This document shows positions 27,989-37,473 of a stretch of DNA of 54,855 bases, piece after piece; positions within the stretch are counted from its first letter, which is position 1; every line of letters starts with the position of its first letter. Below the pieces are notes generated by a model that did not search any database, was not told the DNA's origin, and saw only the letters and a list, made by a program, of their open reading frames with translations. This stretch comes from a virus: IMG/VR virus record IMGVR_UViG_3300031280_000001, positions 1 to 54,855 of that record; one strand, written 5' to 3'. The position numbers were made by a program, and so were the translations under genes.

Positions 27989-28705
27989 ATGAAAAAACAA
28001 ATTTTACAGTTACAAGGTAGATCACGAACCATTACATCCTTTTTGGATAATCTGAACATTAATGAAAAAACTGTAGAAGAGTATAATAAACTCGGAAATA
28101 AAGGTCTGATTCATTGGACAGAATGGAGAGAAATTATGCAGGATGAGGAGAAGTACAAAAAGCTTTCTCCCATTGAACAACAAACACTTCATGAAAATTC
28201 CCGGTCTTTCACTCAAATGCTTACCGAACTTGACAATGAGGTTAAATACCTTATCAATACCAAACATACACTTGCCCTTTCTGATTGTCTTAATCATATT
28301 CTTTCCGTTAATCAATTATTTGATAAACTTGTTGATTTAATGGGTGGTCGTGATGGAAAATTTAGTTTTACCAAACTCAAATATGTTAGAGAAAAAGGTT
28401 GGGAAAAAACCTCTTACAAAGATAAAGTATTTAATCTGGTCACTGAATTAGATCTGCTTACCGAAGATTTTGGTGAATTTATAAATAATCCTGAAAAATT
28501 TAATTATGTTCAAATGATCGTAAATGCGATCATGAATCAAATTTATGTATCCCTTGTACAATCACTGGCATGGCTTAATAGTGAATATGATCGTATAGAG
28601 CAAGAAGGGATGCCAAAGGCTAGAGAATTTAAACTCCCGGAAATCCAGGTACCCAAAATACCGGAAGATGGCGAAACGGATCAGTCAGAAAAACCCAAAG
28701 AGTAA
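27989..28705 (+). CDS. Hypothetical helical protein
   Basis: ORF track, 238 aa. Confidence 0.6.
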   Translation: MKKQILQLQGRSRTITSFLDNLNINEKTVEEYNKLGNKGLIHWTEWREIMQDEEKYKKLSPIEQQTLHENSRSFTQMLTELDNEVKYLINTKHTLALSDCLNHILSVNQLFDKLVDLMGGRDGKFSFTKLKYVREKGWEKTSYKDKVFNLVTELDLLTEDFGEFINNPEKFNYVQMIVNAIMNQIYVSLVQSLAWLNSEYDRIEQEGMPKAREFKLPEIQVPKIPEDGETDQSEKPKE

Positions 28706-28734
28706 TTCTCTAGCTTTTTTTAAATTTAAAACTT

Positions 28735-28962
28735 ATGCAACTATCAAACAGAAACCGAATAACAGTACATTTATTTTATAATAAAGCAAAATCTATAGGT
28801 AAACATATTAAACAATTTATTTTGATTAACGTTGAATATGAAGATATACCATTGACAATCCAAAAAATTGTTACGGAGTATTATAATACGTACATTTATT
28901 ATGAAATCAAAACCATTACCGGAATCAAGGAAGAAATATGGGTAAACAGCAAATTGATATGA
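28735..28962 (+). CDS. Hypothetical protein
   Basis: ORF track; AT-rich leader. Confidence 0.4.
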   Translation: MQLSNRNRITVHLFYNKAKSIGKHIKQFILINVEYEDIPLTIQKIVTEYYNTYIYYEIKTITGIKEEIWVNSKLI

Positions 28963-29171
28963 TAAGTACAAACATAATCCCATGGGTAAAAATGGAGAGT
29001 GTCAGGACAATCCGGGCATTCCGAATTGCCGATTGGCAGATGATGATCATACCCTCTCTACAGAAAAAAGCCTATCATGTAATTATTGATAGGGCCGGTG
29101 AGAATGGGCTTCTTGTTAATAGATTGATGTCTAAAGAGGATATATTATACGCCTACGGAATCAAGTTATAA
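28938..29171 (+). CDS. Hypothetical protein
   Basis: ORF track; overlaps the previous stop. Confidence 0.45.
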   Translation: MGKQQIDMISTNIIPWVKMESVRTIRAFRIADWQMMIIPSLQKKAYHVIIDRAGENGLLVNRLMSKEDILYAYGIKL

Positions 29172-29380
29172 AATACTAGTTTACTTAAATATTTCAATAA
29201 TACATTAAAGTCATGCCGGCAGGTTACATTAAAATACGGAACAAATTTATCCGATTCGGATACAGTCGCAAGGAAGCAGAAGAGAAAGCCGCTAAAATTT
29301 GGAATGCCAAACATAAGGGTAGTGAGACAGTTGGAAAAGGCCGTGATTAAAAGTACAAATTTTTTATAAAACTATTTAAG

Positions 29381-30085
29381 ATGGAAACAAAGAAATTACA
29401 AGACCTCTCCTTTGAGGCTCGCTGCGGTTTAATTGCTAAGGTGATACACAGCGCCAATAGAGCATATAATGACGCAATCGGCGGTAAGATTCAGAATCTA
29501 TCGTGGGAAGAAATTCGTGAGGAGGAGCGCCAGGGACTCATCAAGGCTGTCATCAGTATGATCAAAGAGCCCAAGACCCCGGAAACATCTCATCAAGCTT
29601 GGTGTGAGGCTAGGAAGGCCGCCGGCTGGACCAAGGATAAGGTTTATAGCCAGCACAGAAAAACTCATCCCAATTTGATTCCTTATGCCGAACTTCCTTT
29701 TGAAGAACAGTTCAAGGATCATCTATTTATGGGCATTGCCAGCATTTTTGTTGGGGGTCTGGGTATGTTCTACATGCCTGAAGTAATGGGAGATCCAGTA
29801 GCTATTGATTCTGAAGATACCAAACTCCGCGTTGTGGAGGATGATGAGGATCTGAAAAAGGAAAATGCAGAGCCGGATAATCTTATCAATGGAGTTGACA
29901 AGATTTATGAGCCAGTAACTACAGATCAGAACCCTGCCGGGTACACAGTCACTGATGCAGCTGAAACCAGATTTGGCGGAAATCCTCCATCAGCGTTAGA
30001 TCCAAATGTATCTAATTCGATTGAAGAGATTAAGCCTAAAGCTAAATCTAAAGCTAAGAAACCGGCCCCTAAAGTAAATAAGTAA
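29381..30085 (+). CDS. RyR-domain protein
   Basis: SHQAWCEARKAAGW...RKTHPNLIPYAELPFEEQFKD matches the ryanodine-receptor repeat seen in phages. Confidence 0.75.
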   Translation: METKKLQDLSFEARCGLIAKVIHSANRAYNDAIGGKIQNLSWEEIREEERQGLIKAVISMIKEPKTPETSHQAWCEARKAAGWTKDKVYSQHRKTHPNLIPYAELPFEEQFKDHLFMGIASIFVGGLGMFYMPEVMGDPVAIDSEDTKLRVVEDDEDLKKENAEPDNLINGVDKIYEPVTTDQNPAGYTVTDAAETRFGGNPPSALDPNVSNSIEEIKPKAKSKAKKPAPKVNK

Positions 30086-30095
30086 AAACGATTGG

Positions 30096-30290
30096 ATGGA
30101 ATATCTAACAGAAGAACAACGTTTGAAGCGCATGAAACTGGGCCACACTTGCGGGAGTAGCGATCTACGCAGGCCCCCAGGTGGGCTATCATTTCTAGTC
30201 AAGGGGCATTATTCCCTTGATGGAACAAGACATAGTGATATTCATTTCGTTGTATCCGAGCGTCCTAAACAATTACCGCCTTATGAATAA
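30096..30290 (+). CDS. Hypothetical protein
   Basis: ORF track. Confidence 0.4.
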   Translation: MEYLTEEQRLKRMKLGHTCGSSDLRRPPGGLSFLVKGHYSLDGTRHSDIHFVVSERPKQLPPYE

Positions 30291-30444
30291 AGACACAGTA
30301 TATTGTCCAGGGCATGGATGTAGTGCCAAATTGAAATGTGCCCATTATGCGCCCATAATGAAATTTATTTATCAACCATATTTTTTGAAAACCCCAGGTA
30401 AAGATGAAACCTGTGAACATTTCATTAAAATTGAAGAAAAGTAA
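30283..30444 (+). CDS. Small Cys-rich protein
   Basis: MNKDTVYCPGHGCSAKLKCAHY...CEHF; start at 30283 overlaps the previous stop. Confidence 0.45.
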   Translation: MNKDTVYCPGHGCSAKLKCAHYAPIMKFIYQPYFLKTPGKDETCEHFIKIEEK

Positions 30445-30445
30445 G

Positions 30446-30477
30446 TTTGTTTTTCTCAAAATAAGTATCTAACTTTG
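30446..30477 (+). promoter_or_regulatory. Bacteroidota promoter
   Basis: TTTG-N20-TAACTTTG. Confidence 0.7.
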
Positions 30478-30521
30478 TAGAAACTTTCACCTCTCAATAA
30501 AAACAGTGTCATGAAAAGAAA

Positions 30522-30815
30522 ATGGATTGTACAACTGGGAATGTTTGTAATAGCAATGTTGCTATTCATCTTCATAGTAAATACCTGCTCAACTATAGGA
30601 CTATAATAATGAAAATAGGAAAATTTATAATTTACAAAAACACGGTTCTTCAAATTAGGCCGGCCCAAGAAGAGCCCGGTAAAAAATGCCTTGGATGCTT
30701 TTTTGATGGTAGATGTAGAGACTCTGAGTTTATTACACAGTATTATGGACATCAATGTAGCGTTGATAACTCCATATACGTGAAGGTCGGAAAACTCTTA
30801 AAACAGAAAAAATAA
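30522..30815 (+). CDS. Small Cys-rich hypothetical protein (start uncertain)
   Basis: CLGCFFDGRC...C motif. Confidence 0.4.
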   Translation: MDCTTGNVCNSNVAIHLHSKYLLNYRTIIMKIGKFIIYKNTVLQIRPAQEEPGKKCLGCFFDGRCRDSEFITQYYGHQCSVDNSIYVKVGKLLKQKK

Positions 30816-31774
30816 TGACTACATACTCAACATTTAACCCATCAGCCAAGGATACGTATGTTGTCTTTGATGCACATTATATGGCTGTAATTAATGGAGT
30901 TTCCGATTCCTGGAGAGATGTAGGATTCCGGATGGCCAGGGCCTATAAATCCTGGGGGGATTATCATCTTTATGAATTACCCATGACGCAATTAATGCGT
31001 AAAGAATTCGAAAGTCCTAATGATCATAGATATCATATGCAGTATCGCCGGCACCCGCACGTAGAATGGGGCACTGGTGATATGTCCAGGGATCATGTAA
31101 CTGGTTTACTTTTATTAGCTTACTTCGGCGTCGAAGATTGCCGACATGAGGCTCTCCTCCGTCTTCAGGATATGATCAAATATTCAACCTGGCGGATCTC
31201 AGAGAGACATACATTTACTATTGATATGTGGGCCTGGATGAAGGGTATCCTCAACAAACGATGGAGAACTATCTGGTATATCTTGGAAATTCCAATCATG
31301 GGCTTAGCCAAAGCATGGAATGCCTGGTTACTGAAAAGAGGTAATTTCACTCTTCCGGAACTCAATCAAATAGACTTTGTAATGTCCAGAATCAATTATG
31401 ATGTCACAGAGAAACAAGCCAAACTTCGGGAAAAAATGTACCCATATTATTCAGTTGAGACTGTAGCTTGGCAAAATTACATCAATCCGGATTCACCTGG
31501 TAAGCGTTGGTTGAGTAAGATTATTTTGAAGATGGCTGGTGAGCATAATTATCTTGTACGTCTTCTGTGTGGTGATATGACGGTTACAAAAGACCAGGTC
31601 CTCATGTATCTTGAGACGACCGGATCTCGTTGGGGTGTTCTTCTTAATGAAGCTTGTCGGAGAACCATAAGGTTCCTTACCAATAAAGAGGCTCAATACA
31701 ATTGCCTTGAAGGAGATATATTAATAACCATCTGGAATGAGGTTCATCCAGAAGATCAAATCTTAACACGATGA
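30815..31774 (+). CDS. Hypothetical protein (319 aa)
   Basis: Long ORF coupled to its neighbours; no recognised motif. Confidence 0.6.
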   Translation: MTTYSTFNPSAKDTYVVFDAHYMAVINGVSDSWRDVGFRMARAYKSWGDYHLYELPMTQLMRKEFESPNDHRYHMQYRRHPHVEWGTGDMSRDHVTGLLLLAYFGVEDCRHEALLRLQDMIKYSTWRISERHTFTIDMWAWMKGILNKRWRTIWYILEIPIMGLAKAWNAWLLKRGNFTLPELNQIDFVMSRINYDVTEKQAKLREKMYPYYSVETVAWQNYINPDSPGKRWLSKIILKMAGEHNYLVRLLCGDMTVTKDQVLMYLETTGSRWGVLLNEACRRTIRFLTNKEAQYNCLEGDILITIWNEVHPEDQILTR

Positions 31775-32370
31775 AAAAACTATTATTTATTTTGATGGTT
31801 GCTACTTTAGTGAGCTGCAATTGTCTTATGCCTCAGCGAGTTCCGCCACAAACGGTATATGCAACGGATAGCTGTGAAACTGCCCTTCCGAACTATCTTC
31901 CCTTCTTTCGTGTAAGAGATAATTGTCCTGGACCAATAATTACTCAAACTCCAATTGCCGGTACTGTATTAGACACCGATAATCCTTATGTAGAGGTCCA
32001 TATCATTGCAACGGATATATCAGATAACCGGGATACTGTATCATTCGATGTATTCTTTCAAGATACTATTCCCCCAGTAATCACAGTTGATAGTACATTT
32101 CTATCTAACATAGATGCATTTGAACTACTGGATCTGGCCCAGGCTTCATTCAGACCGTATATATCTGATTCAGTGTGGAATACACATAATCTTGTAATGA
32201 TATCATCTCCTAATGGATCACACATGGGAGGGTGGTATCATAATAAATATGATATAATTACAGTAACTGAGGAGGATCTTGAGAAACTTGGGTATACAAC
32301 TTATAGACTTTACTTTACCGGCCCGGTACCGGCGTCAAAATTTCCGGAATTAGAGTATTCAGATCTTTAA
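31771..32370 (+). CDS. Predicted lipoprotein with HYR/Ig-like domain
   Basis: Signal II-like MKKLLFILMVATLVSC; ATDISDNRDTVSFDVFFQDTIPPVITV is an Ig/HYR-type motif. Confidence 0.6.
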   Translation: MKKLLFILMVATLVSCNCLMPQRVPPQTVYATDSCETALPNYLPFFRVRDNCPGPIITQTPIAGTVLDTDNPYVEVHIIATDISDNRDTVSFDVFFQDTIPPVITVDSTFLSNIDAFELLDLAQASFRPYISDSVWNTHNLVMISSPNGSHMGGWYHNKYDIITVTEEDLEKLGYTTYRLYFTGPVPASKFPELEYSDL

Positions 32371-32380
32371 AACAACAAAT

Positions 32381-32842
32381 ATGAAATATGTAATAGTAGA
32401 TATCGATGGTACTGTAGCTCACAGCGCTACTCGCCAAGCTAAGATTCTCCAGCTTCTGGAGGTTACTCCTATTAAGGAGATGCCATGGTCAGAATTATTC
32501 AAAGACTGTCAATTGGATAAACCACTTTGGGTGGTCATTGATTTAATACTCGCAATAGCTAATAAGTACCATATTGTATTTTGCACCAGCCGAAATGAGA
32601 CATTTAGAGAAAAAACCCGGGCTTGGATTGATGAATATATTGGTTTATGGAAGGCTCCGCTGCTTATGAGAAAGTCTATAAAGGACCATCGATCAGATAG
32701 TATCGTGAAGCCGGAACTCCTTAAGGAAGCTGGTATTACGACGAAGAATACAGCTTTTATCATTGAAGATAAAAATTCAATAGTTCAAACCTGGCGAGAT
32801 CTTGGTTTCACAGTTTTACAACCAATTAATAACGAATATTAA
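32381..32842 (+). CDS. HAD-family phosphatase (PNKP 3'-phosphatase-like)
   Basis: DIDGT, FCTSR, LLMR...DSIVK and IIED motifs. Confidence 0.8.
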   Translation: MKYVIVDIDGTVAHSATRQAKILQLLEVTPIKEMPWSELFKDCQLDKPLWVVIDLILAIANKYHIVFCTSRNETFREKTRAWIDEYIGLWKAPLLMRKSIKDHRSDSIVKPELLKEAGITTKNTAFIIEDKNSIVQTWRDLGFTVLQPINNEY

Positions 32843-32855
32843 TAAATACAACAAT

Positions 32856-33287
32856 ATGGATTGGTACGAACTTGCTAAATTACTTATGTGGACGCTATTT
32901 GCGACCACTTTCACAGCTGCCGTAGGAGTAGCCTTGGATCTTAAACTTATTAAATCCGGTAAAAAAGCCTGGCTTCGACCCAAGTGGTTATGGAACCTGG
33001 TTGAATTTGCAGTCATATTTGGTTTGATTACCTGGAAATATTCATTCCCATTGCCTTGGTGGCATATGGGCGTATTATATACCATTGCAGCATTTTTCTG
33101 GTGGATCTTGCATGACTATTGGATCAGTTTGGGACTTACAGGAGATCCTTTCTATCTAGGCCAGGGTAAATTTGACCGGATATTTTTTAAGGTGTTTAAT
33201 CAATTCGGCCTTCCTGCAGGATTGAACTTCATGATCGCCAAACTGGTCTGGATGTTTTTAGCGGGTACCGCATTCTTTAGCTTATAA
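32856..33287 (+). CDS. Multi-pass membrane protein
   Basis: About four hydrophobic segments; ATG at 32856 follows the previous stop. Confidence 0.6.
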   Translation: MDWYELAKLLMWTLFATTFTAAVGVALDLKLIKSGKKAWLRPKWLWNLVEFAVIFGLITWKYSFPLPWWHMGVLYTIAAFFWWILHDYWISLGLTGDPFYLGQGKFDRIFFKVFNQFGLPAGLNFMIAKLVWMFLAGTAFFSL

Positions 33288-33289
33288 AT

Positions 33290-33490
33290 ATGAACTATTG
33301 GGTAATCACAATCGAATCACATAAGTTATCAGAAGTACCCAGTTGGGTTGACTTTCTGAAAGACTGTTTTGCCGCCGCAGCTCAGACGTCCGAACCGTTG
33401 AGCCAGGCATCTATAAACTCCCCAGAGGGGAAATTGGAATGCCATTTACTTAGACAACCATTTGATGGACAATTAAAATTAGACCTTTAA
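33290..33490 (+). CDS. Hypothetical protein
   Basis: ORF track. Confidence 0.4.
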   Translation: MNYWVITIESHKLSEVPSWVDFLKDCFAAAAQTSEPLSQASINSPEGKLECHLLRQPFDGQLKLDL

Positions 33491-33647
33491 AATCATTAAT
33501 CATGAACAAGCACACTAAAACTTACACAATTTCAGATATGGAACGAGCTTTAATTAGCCAGGGCATGTTACCCCCGTTTGCACAAATAAATCGTATTGAT
33601 GTACACGATGATAGGTGTATTGTTGATATTTTATTTGAGGCGGATGA

Positions 33648-33677
33648 TTGTATTAAGAAATAAAATGATTATCTTTG
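33648..33677 (+). promoter_or_regulatory. Bacteroidota promoter
   Basis: TTG-N19-TATCTTTG upstream of 33716. Confidence 0.6.
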
Positions 33678-33715
33678 TATTGAATTATTAAATCCTTTTA
33701 TAAATCTATTGTACT

Positions 33716-33943
33716 ATGAAATTCAGTTTGAATTTTAAGAAAAATCCCATCACTACGGTGGTTGGTTTATTGTTAATCGTTGTGGGTCTATTTCCTTATA
33801 TCTTCCCCGGAAGAGTAAGTTTGGACGAAGCAGGTCAGCTTCAAGGGCTGGTCACTAACCTGGGCGCGGGTGTGGAAAGTGTGGTTGAGATCGTAGCGGG
33901 TATCATTGCCATTTTCGCAAAAGACGTTGCAGCAAAAGCATAA
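33716..33943 (+). CDS. Small two-TM membrane protein, holin-like
   Basis: KNPITTVVGLLLIVVG...IVAGIIAIFAKD; has its own promoter and terminator. Confidence 0.5.
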   Translation: MKFSLNFKKNPITTVVGLLLIVVGLFPYIFPGRVSLDEAGQLQGLVTNLGAGVESVVEIVAGIIAIFAKDVAAKA

Positions 33944-33973
33944 CAAAGAGTTATTTCATATGCTATGTTTTTT

Positions 33974-34013
33974 CCTCTCCTTGGGCTACATGCCGGGGAG
34001 GGGGTTTTTATTT
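33974..34013 (+). terminator. Rho-independent terminator
   Basis: CCTCTCC...GGAGGGG stem followed by TTTTTATTTT. Confidence 0.65.
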
Positions 34014-34100
34014 TATGCACTGAATTTTAATTTGACATACTAGCAAAAAAGATGTATCTTGTACACTCCAATTTTTTAATTTTTTATTATATTAAGTGAC

Positions 34101-35282
34101 ATGAAAACAATATTAAAGCGCATAAAAACAATTCGATTAAAAAAGCTATGGGCGTATCTTGTAAATGCCCTGCAGAAGTCTTTACGTTTTTTTGTTCGGG
34201 GCTGGCTCCGAATTAGAAAGATAGTATTAATTTTAATATTTTGTTTATCGATAAGTTTGGCTGGAGGTACATCGTATTGGTTATACCAACATTTTAGTCA
34301 GCCCCGTGAAAAATACGCAGTATTAATATCCGGGGGTGAAACACGATATGATAATGAGATGATTCATTCAGAATATTGGTATGATTTATTGATGACTTAT
34401 AAAAGTTATATAGATCAGGGATATACCCATAAAAATATATTTGTTTTTTATGGTCAAGGACCTGGCCATGATTTCGATAGCCAATATAATCATTATAATA
34501 TCAAAACCTATTTTCCCGGAATAAAAACTATTATTGATTATGATAATAGCTGGGAAACCATAAAAAGCGGATTAAAAGATATTGATTTTTATGTGACAAA
34601 ACATGATAAAATAACTATTCAGTGGGTCGTAGGCCATGGTGGAATACCCTACGGTTCCAGGGGGGATGAATATAATTCATATAGAGCATATATTGGGGGA
34701 ACCAACCAGTCTTATCAAGAGAAAGAAGATATTTATAAAGCCATAAATCAGATTGATGATTTTAAGCAGCGTGAAATATATTGGATGACTTGTCATTCTG
34801 GATCAATGGCAGTAGGTCAAAATAAATTTTCTGGGTTCCGTACAACTATTCTAACTTCCTCCAATTGGAATGAAGCTTCTTATTCATCCTATCCAGGCGG
34901 CTACACGGATGGGTGGTATGGATATAGTGGAGGATATATAACCAGTGAATTTAATTGGGTATTATATGGAATTAGGGATAATCAATATTTTGATAATACA
35001 AAATATAACTTCCATAATAGTAATCTGGAATATCCTATTACCCCTACTAAATTATATTATGAATTAAAGAATTCATCTTATATTAATTCAAAGGTACAAA
35101 TTGGCGGACTATCTCCAGACGCCGTGTATTGTCATGTAGTGGATACGCTAGATGATTGGTATACTAAAGCAAAGATTCCGATATATAAAGTACAACGTTT
35201 CTTTAAGCGTATCGAACAATTTCGTACTCATATTGAAGAGGCGGTAGCCAAGGTTCTAGGATATGAACCCATAAATCGTTAA
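34101..35282 (+). CDS. Membrane-anchored C13/caspase-hemoglobinase-fold cysteine peptidase
   Basis: YAVLISGG, NIFVFYG, GHGG (catalytic His) and TCHSGS (catalytic Cys); N-terminal TM segment; TTTG-N20-TATCTTG promoter at 34031-34061. Confidence 0.7.
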   Translation: MKTILKRIKTIRLKKLWAYLVNALQKSLRFFVRGWLRIRKIVLILIFCLSISLAGGTSYWLYQHFSQPREKYAVLISGGETRYDNEMIHSEYWYDLLMTYKSYIDQGYTHKNIFVFYGQGPGHDFDSQYNHYNIKTYFPGIKTIIDYDNSWETIKSGLKDIDFYVTKHDKITIQWVVGHGGIPYGSRGDEYNSYRAYIGGTNQSYQEKEDIYKAINQIDDFKQREIYWMTCHSGSMAVGQNKFSGFRTTILTSSNWNEASYSSYPGGYTDGWYGYSGGYITSEFNWVLYGIRDNQYFDNTKYNFHNSNLEYPITPTKLYYELKNSSYINSKVQIGGLSPDAVYCHVVDTLDDWYTKAKIPIYKVQRFFKRIEQFRTHIEEAVAKVLGYEPINR

Positions 35283-35408
35283 TTAAATTTCAATATGGAT
35301 AGTAAAATTACCATTATTGCAGTAATTTTACTAATCCTGTAACGTTAGACCTAAGAAAATGGGGTTTATCGCCACTAGAGAAGTAATATATTCATTAAAG
35401 TATCACTA

Positions 35409-35439
35409 AATGAATATTTAATGAATATTTAATGAATAT
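35409..35439. repeat. AATGAATATTT tandem repeat (about 3 copies)
   Basis: Units at 35409, 35420 and 35431. Confidence 0.8.
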
Positions 35440-35529
35440 AAAAAATTTACAGAAAATACCGAAAAACGACACTTTCTGCAAATTTTATAGAAGAATTCGA
35501 ATTAAAATCGGTTTTAAGCGCCCCTAACG

Positions 35530-35579
35530 AACGATCTCCCTACGAGTGGCACTATATCATTACTCGTAGGGAGATCGTT
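35530..35579. other. 18-bp perfect inverted repeat
   Basis: AACGATCTCCCTACGAGT-N14-ACTCGTAGGGAGATCGTT, between convergent modules. Confidence 0.9.
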
Positions 35580-35608
35580 GACGTTTTATGGGATGGGTAC
35601 CCCAGGTG

Positions 35609-35773
35609 TCATTGATTATGAAATTTAGCACCGTATGATTCAGCTCTCCGTATGAGTGCCAGGTCTTGAGAATTATAAACTGGGAATATTGGAGCTGTGT
35701 CACCGCCAGGTTGAGTATAAAGTAGTCCACCGATAACTTTATAACGTATGTTGTTATGATAGAATTTGTTCAT
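35609..35773 (-). CDS. Small protein (54 aa), related to 40833 and 42144
   Basis: Hand translation MNKFYHNNIRYKVIGGLLYTQ... Confidence 0.5.
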   Translation of the reverse strand: MNKFYHNNIRYKVIGGLLYTQPGGDTAPIFPVYNSQDLALIRRAESYGAKFHNQ

Positions 35774-35793
35774 TTTTTGTCCTTTTTTAATAT

Positions 35794-36051
35794 CTACTTA
35801 ATGGTGTCTATACGAGCGTAGACTATATCGCGCCCGATTTTAGCCTCTTTAAGTTTGTCGTCTAAATTAGCCGCTTCTTTTTCTATGCTTTTAGCGACAT
35901 TCTCCAGCTTGTCGTGTTCGTTTTGGATTTTATCAATTGTTTTCAGTGATTGTTGAGTTTTTGTCTGCTTCTGGACATAATTAGTCCGCTTAGATTCTAA
36001 CGGCCCGCAAATATCTTTTTCTCCGTAAAATTCTCCTATTGTTAAAACCAT
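35794..36051 (-). CDS. Small coiled-coil protein
   Basis: ORF track. Confidence 0.45.
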   Translation of the reverse strand: MVLTIGEFYGEKDICGPLESKRTNYVQKQTKTQQSLKTIDKIQNEHDKLENVAKSIEKEAANLDDKLKEAKIGRDIVYARIDTIK

Positions 36052-36236
36052 TCTGCTTGATTTGCGGTGATCTTCACTGAAGAAAATTCACCAGAGGCTG
36101 GTTTGACATTTTCTCCTACTATTGAGGAAAAAGTAGGGATAGACGTTACCGTATAACGTTGTCCTTCATAATTAAACTTTTCCCCTATTCTTGGAATATG
36201 AGGAAAATTGTTACGCCGTAAATTTGTTGATACCAT
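36042..36236 (-). CDS. Hypothetical protein
   Basis: MVSTNLRRNNFPHIPRIGEKF...; the longer track version overlaps tRNA-Ile. Confidence 0.5.
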   Translation of the reverse strand: MVSTNLRRNNFPHIPRIGEKFNYEGQRYTVTSIPTFSSIVGENVKPASGEFSSVKITANQAEWF

Positions 36237-36266
36237 TTTAAATATTATTATAGAAAAGTTAAATTG

Positions 36267-36340
36267 TACTGATGGGCGGATTTGAACCACCGACCTCCTA
36301 CTTATCAGGCAGATGCTCTAATCAACTGAGCTACACCAGT
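36267..36340 (-). tRNA. tRNA-Ile(GAT)
   Basis: Full cloverleaf; loop CT-GAT-AA; CCA not encoded. Confidence 0.9.
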
Positions 36341-36343
36341 ATG

Positions 36344-36419
36344 CTGACCCCCCAGGGTTCGAACCTGGATTCTTTGGATTCAAAATCCAACGTGTTACCA
36401 AATGTTACACCAGAGGTCA
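36344..36419 (-). tRNA. tRNA-Gln(TTG)
   Basis: Cloverleaf; TTGGA-TTTTGAA-TCCAA anticodon arm. Confidence 0.9.
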
Positions 36420-36422
36420 ATG

Positions 36423-36496
36423 TGGGCCTGAAGGGACTTGAACCCCTGACCGTCTGATTATGAGTCAGATGCTCTAACCAACTGAGCTACAGGCCC
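36423..36496 (-). tRNA. tRNA with CAT anticodon (Ile2 or elongator Met)
   Basis: GGGCCTGTAGCTCAGTTGGTTAGAGC...CTCATAA...CAGGCCCA. Confidence 0.9.
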
Positions 36497-37164
36497 CGGT
36501 TGCAAACGTTTTCCTGGTCAACTGTTAAAGGAAGAAATCGTTTATAAGCCTCTATCGCATCCGGATTCTCTCGGAGGCCCCTAATGTACTCACCACGAAG
36601 ATCAGACTCCATTATCTGTTTATATCGGAAATCCGTAGCCATTTCAAATCCTTTCTTGATTAGGCCATCAAATGAAGATCCTTTTCCTTGTGGGGTTACT
36701 ATATCTAACATATCTTCATTATATTCTCCTTTCAGGGTATCGCATACCATTAATCGAAATGACCGGGAACTATGAAAAATTTCGTATCCCACTAATAGGC
36801 TGTAATTAAGATATTTACCTGTATATGCTTCTTCTAATTGAGAAGTCCAGATTTTAAAGGCTAGGTCCCGCTTATAGTCCGATAGAGGTTTAGGTATCCA
36901 TTTTAAATAAGAAGCCCACCAGTTCAGTAAGTCCCTGAAAACGATTATATTAAATGTTTTATTCGCCCAGTTTATTTTGTGACTACTGAAATCACTGTCA
37001 ATTTGGCAGGTTCCCATAATGATGCTTTTTTGAGCTTGTGCGTAGTCCTGGGGCTGTACGTCCTCAAAATTGATTATGAGTAACTCCGGTGACCAGGATT
37101 GGATCATTTGTCGGACAAAGTTGTGCCCTGACCGGCAACAGGCAATAATTACAATGTTTTTCAT
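36487..37164 (-). CDS. Sulfotransferase-like P-loop protein
   Basis: IACCRSGHNF (5'-PSB-like) and FRDLLNWWAS (3'-PB-like) motifs. Confidence 0.6.
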   Translation of the reverse strand: MKNIVIIACCRSGHNFVRQMIQSWSPELLIINFEDVQPQDYAQAQKSIIMGTCQIDSDFSSHKINWANKTFNIIVFRDLLNWWASYLKWIPKPLSDYKRDLAFKIWTSQLEEAYTGKYLNYSLLVGYEIFHSSRSFRLMVCDTLKGEYNEDMLDIVTPQGKGSSFDGLIKKGFEMATDFRYKQIMESDLRGEYIRGLRENPDAIEAYKRFLPLTVDQENVCNRGL

Positions 37165-37307
37165 TTGGGTTTATTATTTTCTATAGCACATTCAAATATT
37201 GAATTACAATAAGGACACTGTAAATAATCAATAGTATGTGGTTTTTTACCTTTAATCTTTTTTAATAAAAGTATTCCGCAGTGAGGGCAAATATCTCCTG
37301 TTTTCAT
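37161..37307 (-). CDS. Small zinc-ribbon protein (48 aa)
   Basis: Hand translation MKTGDICPHCG...LQCPYCNS; ATGA overlap with the next gene. Confidence 0.6.
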   Translation of the reverse strand: MKTGDICPHCGILLLKKIKGKKPHTIDYLQCPYCNSIFECAIENNKPK

Positions 37308-37309
37308 TG

Positions 37310-37471
37310 CTATTCCTGTTTAGATTTCCATTCATCAAAAACCTTACTCCAAAATTTATATGGATATTTTGTATAATCTTCTTCATGCCAATCAATAATA
37401 AACTTTATTGCCACTTCTCGGCTTACTTCATTAAAAGCCTGAAGGATAATTTCTATTATTTGATTTATCAT
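37310..37471 (-). CDS. Small hypothetical protein
   Basis: MINQIIEIILQAF...; the longer track version overlaps a tRNA-like gene. Confidence 0.45.
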   Translation of the reverse strand: MINQIIEIILQAFNEVSREVAIKFIIDWHEEDYTKYPYKFWSKVFDEWKSKQE

Positions 37472-37473
37472 AG

